Part shown: piece by piece, positions 58,469 to 64,000 of the stretch
How the letters are laid out: every line of letters starts with the position of its first letter
Position numbering within the stretch: the stretch's first letter is position 1
IMG/VR virus record: IMGVR_UViG_3300025133_000070
Length of the DNA stretch: 64,000 nt
Strand: one strand, 5' to 3'
From: an uncultured virus (IMG/VR IMGVR_UViG_3300025133_000070)
Taxonomy: Duplodnaviria; Heunggongvirae; Uroviricota; Caudoviricetes
The notes under the pieces: generated by a model
The model's database searches: none
Seen by the model: the letters and a program-made list of their open reading frames with translations, nothing else
Told to the model about the DNA's origin: nothing
Program-made: the position numbers and the translations under genes

Positions 58469-59222
58469 CTTTTAATTCTTCTATCGTTTTCTGTACCTCA
58501 TGCATGGTACAGAATTCAGGGCAAGCAGTCTTGTAGGCACACCAATTACAGAACTCGTTCCTGTTAGACCTCATCTCATCTTTCTTCTTCTTACGGATCT
58601 TCCAGACCTCATCTACGATCTTGCGTAAGTGAGCATTGATTTGAGGCACAGAGTACTGTACATGGACGAAGTTATTGGTTAGTGGGTAGTAATGTGCAGC
58701 CACGATCTTAGAGATGGGAACCTCGTACAGCTTACTAATAGCATATACATAACCTTTTAGTTGGGTATCCTGATAAAGCTCAACTTTAGTCTTTTCCCTC
58801 TTAGAAGTCTTATAGTCGATAATAAGATATCCACCATCGTCACCCTTAATCACTCGGTCAATAATACCGTTCAAGGTGATATCGTCCTTTACGGGGACTT
58901 CGAAGACTACCTCGGTCCCTACGGTCTCTCCCAACTTTGCATTGAACTTAAGAAAATTGTCAATACATCTTAAATCCTTGCCCTCATACTTCTTTGATAC
59001 CTTGTATGAGCCCTTCACCTCTTCAGCGATCAACAGCATCTCATCTTGAGTCTTTGCGTTCACCCCGTCCTCTAGGACCTTGTGGATATAAGACCCAAAG
59101 TGGAGAGCTTCGGTGTTGGTCTCAGGAGGCTCAGGAAGACGCTCAACATACCGATAACGGTATTTCAGTTGGCATTGTTTAAATGTCTGGAACTTAGATT
59201 CGGAAATTGTTTTTATGTACAT
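58446..59222 (-). CDS. RecB/Cas4-like PD-(D/E)XK exonuclease with Fe-S cysteines
   Basis: QCQLKY, GSYIH, GIIDRV...IIDYKT, QL..Y, CNWC.....C; SD GAGGTG. Confidence 0.9.
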   Translation of the reverse strand: MYIKTISESKFQTFKQCQLKYRYRYVERLPEPPETNTEALHFGSYIHKVLEDGVNAKTQDEMLLIAEEVKGSYKVSKKYEGKDLRCIDNFLKFNAKLGETVGTEVVFEVPVKDDITLNGIIDRVIKGDDGGYLIIDYKTSKREKTKVELYQDTQLKGYVYAISKLYEVPISKIVAAHYYPLTNNFVHVQYSVPQINAHLRKIVDEVWKIRKKKKDEMRSNRNEFCNWCAYKTACPEFCTMHEVQKTIEELKARKKKKS

Positions 59223-60210
59223 AATAGCACCTCAGTTTATTAGAGACTATATTACGCAGAACTTCAGGGATATTGGCAAACTCTCTGCTAGTGGGCGTGA
59301 GTTTATCATGGAGTCCTTGTTCGTGAATAACGACTGGAAGAAGCACATGAGCGTCAATGTAGATAGTGGTATGTGGCAGTGCTTTAAGACAGGAAGATCA
59401 GGAAACTTCACCAGACTTTATTCAGAAGTAGAAGGTGTTCCTTACTTCAGGGCTCAACGAGATCTTATTATTAGGAACTTTGAGTTCCTTGGGGAAGAGG
59501 TTCCCGAATTAGCTAGAACAGAGAATCAATTAGAGCTAGACACAAGCAAACTTACTCCTATTACATTGAGGTCAGGACACTCAGAAGATAAAAAAATACT
59601 AGATGCGTGGAGCTTCATTTGGGGTAGGAAGCTATTCAATACTGACCATGAAGAACTTGATGCCTTTTACTTATGTACTGACGGAAGATTTAAAGATCGG
59701 ATTATTATTCCATTCAAAAGTGATGAAGGGGTGGTTTACTACTTCCAGGGCAGGGCATTGTATGATATGTCTCCTAAGTACTTGAACCCTTCTACAGAGA
59801 TTGCTCCCAAACCTTCTGATATCCTGTATCCCTACTCTGAGAATATGGATCACCTAGTTGTCTGTGAGGGGCCTCTAGATGCTCGCTCCTTGCAACTTCA
59901 AGGAGTAAACGCTACAGCTACCATCGGAAGCTCTATTAGCCTACGACAAGCAGAGATTTTGTCTACCTTCAAGGGGAAGATTATTCTAGGTTATGACAAT
60001 GACGATGCTGGTCAACGAGGGGTTAGCAAATTTGATAGAACCAGAAAAGAATTGAGGATGGAAGGCTTTGAAGTCTGTCCTCCACCCTCAGGGTTTAAAG
60101 ACTGGAACGAGGCTCATGTGGCAGATGAAGACTTATTCCAATGGGTTACGGAAAAGACCACTTCCTACGATTTCGAGTATCAGATTAGTAATCAACTAAA
60201 TTTTGATTAA
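59215..60210 (+). CDS. DnaG-type DNA primase
   Basis: RIIIPF, FQGR, KYLNP, Toprim VVCEGPLDA, YDNDDAG, KDWNE; start position uncertain. Confidence 0.9.
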   Translation: MYIIAPQFIRDYITQNFRDIGKLSASGREFIMESLFVNNDWKKHMSVNVDSGMWQCFKTGRSGNFTRLYSEVEGVPYFRAQRDLIIRNFEFLGEEVPELARTENQLELDTSKLTPITLRSGHSEDKKILDAWSFIWGRKLFNTDHEELDAFYLCTDGRFKDRIIIPFKSDEGVVYYFQGRALYDMSPKYLNPSTEIAPKPSDILYPYSENMDHLVVCEGPLDARSLQLQGVNATATIGSSISLRQAEILSTFKGKIILGYDNDDAGQRGVSKFDRTRKELRMEGFEVCPPPSGFKDWNEAHVADEDLFQWVTEKTTSYDFEYQISNQLNFD

Positions 60211-60748
60211 AGGTCGGACACTGTGTTTCACAAGCCATTAGCACTTGAGCAACATGGGAACCTATGGTAGCTGAAGTATCATATGTGGGATTATATGCTC
60301 CTGGCAGCTTTCCAACAACAACATTTGATGTTTGTTGGCAGTTTGATTCTTTATCAGTATTAAGAACCCATTTTCTGCGGGTATAGCCAACAGCACTAGT
60401 AGTGAAAGTTCCAGAAAGACCTAATCCTCCAGTACTACTATCACTAAATAGCTGCAATCCTTGTCTTTGGTACAGCCCACTACAATAGGAAGCTTTTTCA
60501 AGTTCTTCCACTACCTGAACTGAGAAGTTAACATCCACATAACTATAAAGAACCTGAGGACAACCAGAAGCAACACCGTTAGATAAAGTAGGTGCAGTAT
60601 CATAAACAAAGACCCTCTTCCACATCCCGTTGCCTACTTGTGTGTGGGTGTGCCAATCTGCAAAGTCGCAAGAACTAGTGTCTCCAGAAGTGTTTAGCCC
60701 CGTTCCTGGGGCTCCCGCAATAGCTGTGGGGTTTAGTGTGGATACCAT
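60185..60748 (-). CDS. Hypothetical, probably a virion protein
   Basis: Thr/Ser/Gly-rich 187-aa ORF with its own TAGATA element and SD (AGAGGA). Confidence 0.55.
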   Translation of the reverse strand: MVSTLNPTAIAGAPGTGLNTSGDTSSCDFADWHTHTQVGNGMWKRVFVYDTAPTLSNGVASGCPQVLYSYVDVNFSVQVVEELEKASYCSGLYQRQGLQLFSDSSTGGLGLSGTFTTSAVGYTRRKWVLNTDKESNCQQTSNVVVGKLPGAYNPTYDTSATIGSHVAQVLMACETQCPTFNQNLVDY

Positions 60749-60812
60749 AATATTTTTCCTCTACCATATCTAGGCTATCTCCTAGATGTTTTTTAAAAAA
60801 TATTATCTAAAT

Positions 60813-61796
60813 TCAACTAATAGTAAAATAGAACGGAGGAGTTACGAAGTCCTGGGTTAAATAAGAGTACTTAGCCACAATGATAAATGTCCCTGTGCCT
60901 AGGTTCCCCGGAGCATCTGTGTCAAAAGTATAAAGGATTGTATTATCTGTCGTAGTTGTGGCATCTTGATCAGCCGTAAAAAGGTTGGACCAAGCTGGTT
61001 GATTAACACTATCATCATTAACCCGTTTAATCATAATCTTAGGGTTAGTGATTTGATAATCCTTCAAGATATTCTTGGTTTCTTCTGAAAGAGTACTATT
61101 CTGAACCGTAATATCGGTCGTAATCTTCATATCAATTTTTTCCCCATAACGAAGCTTCTTGTTGAGAAGTTTGTTACGAGTAGTAATCAGAAGGGGTTCT
61201 GTGATCGTAGTAAAGGTATCGTTATAGAGACTGAAGTTATTAATAAAGAGTTGGTACTCAGAGGTATCAAAAAGTTTTACAGTCCAAACATCAATGTAGT
61301 CCTGAACAGAGGAAGCAGCGTTGGCTACTGTAATTCCGTTATTAAAAGGATATCTAATATTGTAACCACCTGACAAACTGATATTACCATCTAGAACAGC
61401 AACATAGTCTCCAACACCTACTCGGTAAATCCCACTTGCTTGGGGTCCTGGGACATAAGCAGGGAACCACGCTGTATCGGCCAACTTATTGCTTGTTACT
61501 CTTACCGCTCCAGTATCGTCTAGAGACCACCCATCATGAGTATCTGGAGCAACCCCACCAGAAACCCCAAAGTTCATTAAAACTACAGAAGTAGCATCAC
61601 TTTTGATTAACCCATCGTCAGTATCAACAATAGAGCTAGGGGAAGCATTAGATAACTTAGCAAAGATAGTGCAAGCACTAACATCATAAGGATCAATAAA
61701 TTCACCGTCATTAATAAATAGCGTTCTAATTGCTACTTTTCCACCCACGCTTGGACGGTTAAATCTATCAACTAGCGTTACTTCGTTTAATTGCAT
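60813..61796 (-). CDS. Hypothetical, probably a virion protein (beta-rich)
   Basis: 327-aa ORF downstream of the gp26/gp51-like pair. Confidence 0.55.
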   Translation of the reverse strand: MQLNEVTLVDRFNRPSVGGKVAIRTLFINDGEFIDPYDVSACTIFAKLSNASPSSIVDTDDGLIKSDATSVVLMNFGVSGGVAPDTHDGWSLDDTGAVRVTSNKLADTAWFPAYVPGPQASGIYRVGVGDYVAVLDGNISLSGGYNIRYPFNNGITVANAASSVQDYIDVWTVKLFDTSEYQLFINNFSLYNDTFTTITEPLLITTRNKLLNKKLRYGEKIDMKITTDITVQNSTLSEETKNILKDYQITNPKIMIKRVNDDSVNQPAWSNLFTADQDATTTTDNTILYTFDTDAPGNLGTGTFIIVAKYSYLTQDFVTPPFYFTIS

Positions 61797-61965
61797 CTTG
61801 TTCTCTCTCTAGATCTTCTCTTAGTAATTTTAAGAATATGGTTCTCTCTGTACGAGTCATAGTTTTTACATCGGAATATGTAAAATGCGCTCGTTTCACA
61901 AGTATATAGGCTTCTAGAAGAAGAGAATCGACATCAATTACTTCATCTAGTTCACATCGAAAAAA
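61768..61965 (-). CDS. gp51-like C-terminal extension of the gp26-like protein, read in the -1 frame
   Basis: Open -1 frame FFRCELDEVIDVDSLLLEAYILVKRAHFTYSDVKTMTRTERTIFLKLLREDLEREQDAIKRSNAS*; not in the ORF track; begins at slippery A AAT TTT TTC. Confidence 0.7.
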   Translation of the reverse strand, partial: FFRCELDEVIDVDSLLLEAYILVKRAHFTYSDVKTMTRTERTIFLKLLREDLEREQDAIKRSNAS

Positions 61966-62693
61966 TTTGCGTCAATTGGCAGATCTACGACCGACACCCC
62001 TCCGCAGTCCTTACAAATAAATTTAATCTTAGTGTCAACACCATATTCGGACTTTATAGCATTTAAGATGGTTCTAACATCTTTGAGAGGAAGTTTATCC
62101 ATCACTGCGGAAATAATGGACTTATCAGTATGTCCTTCGATCTCTGTCACAAACCGCCATAATTGATCTAGGGCCTGTTCTGTATCCATGAAAAGTCTTT
62201 CATCCTTCACTCTAGGTTGTCTAACTTTAATTTCTTTTTTTGCAATTGGTAGAGTAAAAGTGATAGGATCTTCAAAATCATCAGGAACAGGGTTTACATT
62301 AAGCTCAGAAAGCTTAACCGTTGTAGGGTTTTCAGCTTTACATTCTTGACATAAAAGGAGAGTATTGTAGTCATCACCATAGGAGATTTCTCTCAACTTC
62401 ATAATTAAATAAAGCTTATCCATAGGAAGAAGATCCATTACTTTAATATTAGTAACACATCTCTGTAAAACTAGGTTTACTGGGTCATCATTCTTTTTAG
62501 CCCCTACAATAGCTTTCTCATCCTCAAAGGTCATGGGCCGCACGGTAATTGGCATATCCTCATCTTCTAAAGTATAGGCTCTACACTCAGAGGGTAGTTG
62601 TACCTCTAGTGCTGTGTCCGAGGGCACCTCTTTCAGTAGGTCCTCAATAATTTTCTGCTTTGCAGCGTCAGCATTTGGATCGTTTGTTATCAT
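61947..62693 (-). CDS. gp26: Baseplate hub assembly / tail chaperone protein (T4 gp26-like)
   Basis: LPS, VRPMTFEDEK, D..YL...LR.ISYG, CQEC, CKDCG, LPIDANFF. Confidence 0.8.
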   Translation of the reverse strand: MITNDPNADAAKQKIIEDLLKEVPSDTALEVQLPSECRAYTLEDEDMPITVRPMTFEDEKAIVGAKKNDDPVNLVLQRCVTNIKVMDLLPMDKLYLIMKLREISYGDDYNTLLLCQECKAENPTTVKLSELNVNPVPDDFEDPITFTLPIAKKEIKVRQPRVKDERLFMDTEQALDQLWRFVTEIEGHTDKSIISAVMDKLPLKDVRTILNAIKSEYGVDTKIKFICKDCGGVSVVDLPIDANFFDVN

Positions 62694-62722
62694 ATATAAA
62701 CTCCATTAAGGGATTATCTAAA

Positions 62723-62731
62723 CTATAATAG
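62723..62731 (+). promoter_or_regulatory. Putative leaderless -10 element CTATAATAG, back-to-back with a minus-strand TAGATA (62715-62720)
   Basis: CTATAATAGtgtgATG (ATG 62736). Confidence 0.55.
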
Positions 62732-62735
62732 TGTG

Positions 62736-64000
62736 ATGAAGATCCATGTAGATACATTAAATTCACGCATCGAGACGGATAATCCCGAACTTCTTCGTGC
62801 CCTATACGAGCGATACTCCTTTAAAATTCCAGGAGCAGAGTACTCGGCTGCCTACAAAAGAAGGCAGTGGGATGGAAAAACACACTTTATTTCTAGATCA
62901 GGTGTTTTTAAATCAGGACTATTATGTAGTATTCTTGAAGATTTAAAGAAGATTGAGTGTGAACCAGAGATAGTAAACAATACTTGGAAGATATTAGTAC
63001 CTGAAGATTTTTCTCCCCAGGACCACCAAATAGATGGATTTAAGTACTATGACTACCAACAAGAGCTTATTGCTCTTGGCCTTCAAAATAAGCGCGGTAT
63101 AATCCAATCCCCTACAGGTTCAGGTAAAACTTTAATTATGGCTGGGTTAATTAAAGCTTTAGCGGGACGAAAAATGGTTATTCTTTTCAATGCAAAACAA
63201 TTACTCACACAAACTTATAAATTTCTTACTGACGATTGCGGAATTGATAATGTTGGTCTATGTTATGGTGAAGGTTATATTTACGGGGATATTATGCTTT
63301 GTACGATCCAAAGTATTGAAAAGATTCTCGATACACATCTGGAAGAAACTGAGGTGCTGATGGTGGATGAGTGTCATGAATTTGCTAACGGAAAAACTAC
63401 ACTAGCAGCCCTAAAAAGTTTTCCAAAGGCTTTGTATCGTCTAGGATTTACTGCTACGCCTCCGAATGATCCCATCCCAAGGTATAACTTAGAAGGAACC
63501 CTAGGCAGCACTCTACAAGTTGTAAACACTGCTGATCTGGTAGACTCTGGGAAACTCACAAAACCAATTATTCAAGTAATTCAAAGACCTTATTCTGCGA
63601 GTGGATTAGATGAAGACATGTCTTATTTGGATGTTTACGAAGAATATATTGTAAACAATGAAGAAAGAAACAACAAAGTAAAGGAGATTGTAAATGACAT
63701 CAAAAAACAAAACAAGCGAGCCCGTATCCTTATTCTTACCAAGTCGCTTGATCACGGAAGAGCCTTGGAAGACTTACTTGGGGGACAGTGCGAATTCCTG
63801 GAAGGGGCTAATTCGGTCGGAGAGAGGTATAACGCTATATCTAGATTCAGAGGATGCGGAGATTCTAGTATCCTCATTGGCACTAAAATCCTCCAAACGG
63901 GGATTAACATTGAGGAAATAACCCACTTTATTAATGCACGGGGTATGAAATCAGAGATAGCCACTCTTCAAGCTCTTGGGAGAGCATTAAGACGGCACGA
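62736..64000 (+). CDS. uvsW: SF2 DNA helicase (T4 UvsW-like), runs off the window
   Basis: Not in the ORF track. MKIHVD...YSAAYKRRQWDGK, DYQ, SPTGSGKT, DECH, GFTATP, TGINI, QALGRALR. Confidence 0.9.
   Translation, partial: MKIHVDTLNSRIETDNPELLRALYERYSFKIPGAEYSAAYKRRQWDGKTHFISRSGVFKSGLLCSILEDLKKIECEPEIVNNTWKILVPEDFSPQDHQIDGFKYYDYQQELIALGLQNKRGIIQSPTGSGKTLIMAGLIKALAGRKMVILFNAKQLLTQTYKFLTDDCGIDNVGLCYGEGYIYGDIMLCTIQSIEKILDTHLEETEVLMVDECHEFANGKTTLAALKSFPKALYRLGFTATPPNDPIPRYNLEGTLGSTLQVVNTADLVDSGKLTKPIIQVIQRPYSASGLDEDMSYLDVYEEYIVNNEERNNKVKEIVNDIKKQNKRARILILTKSLDHGRALEDLLGGQCEFLEGANSVGERYNAISRFRGCGDSSILIGTKILQTGINIEEITHFINARGMKSEIATLQALGRALRRH

Noticed and set aside
58446..59222. cas4 of a CRISPR-Cas system
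   Set aside because: Stand-alone RecB/Cas4-like nuclease next to primase, which is common in phages; no cas1, cas2 or array
63374..63964. Short ORF-track calls at 63374, 63694 and 63752
   Set aside because: All lie within the UvsW-like helicase frame that the track missed
1..64000. tRNA/ncRNA genes, integrase, transposase, or reverse transcriptase/DGR
   Set aside because: All intergenic gaps are under about 100 bp, AT-rich and lack cloverleaf motifs; no RT, integrase or adenine-specific repeat pair was seen by eye

Overview
This window is a 64-kb, densely coding piece of a large myovirus genome with T4-type virion genes, mostly on the minus strand; no host genes are evident. The left end (1-9.8 kb) is a DNA-metabolism block: ribonucleotide reductase (partial, missed by the ORF track), gp46/gp47 Rad50-Mre11 nuclease, ThyX, endonuclease VII, a family-A DNA polymerase split into three adjacent genes, a very short gp55-like late sigma factor and a Holliday-junction resolvase. 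The middle (12.5-57.8 kb) is the virion module: tail tube, sheath, PAAR, gp15/14/13, major capsid, scaffold, prohead protease, large fibre/baseplate proteins, gp6, gp25, gp5-like spike, hub, gp53 and tape measure. The right end has a RecB-like nuclease, primase, a gp26-like chaperone and a UvsW helicase (partial). The most notable observations are: the three-piece PolA with a degenerate UDG/Fe-S domain; an unannotated gp51-like frame apparently reached by a -1 frameshift at AAATTTT; two candidate promoter classes (leaderless CTATAATA-N4-5-ATG and late TAnATA); a motif shared by the protease tail and an internal head protein; and five paralogous jelly-roll modules inserted into baseplate proteins. 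All functional calls come from recognising motifs by eye; no searches were run.
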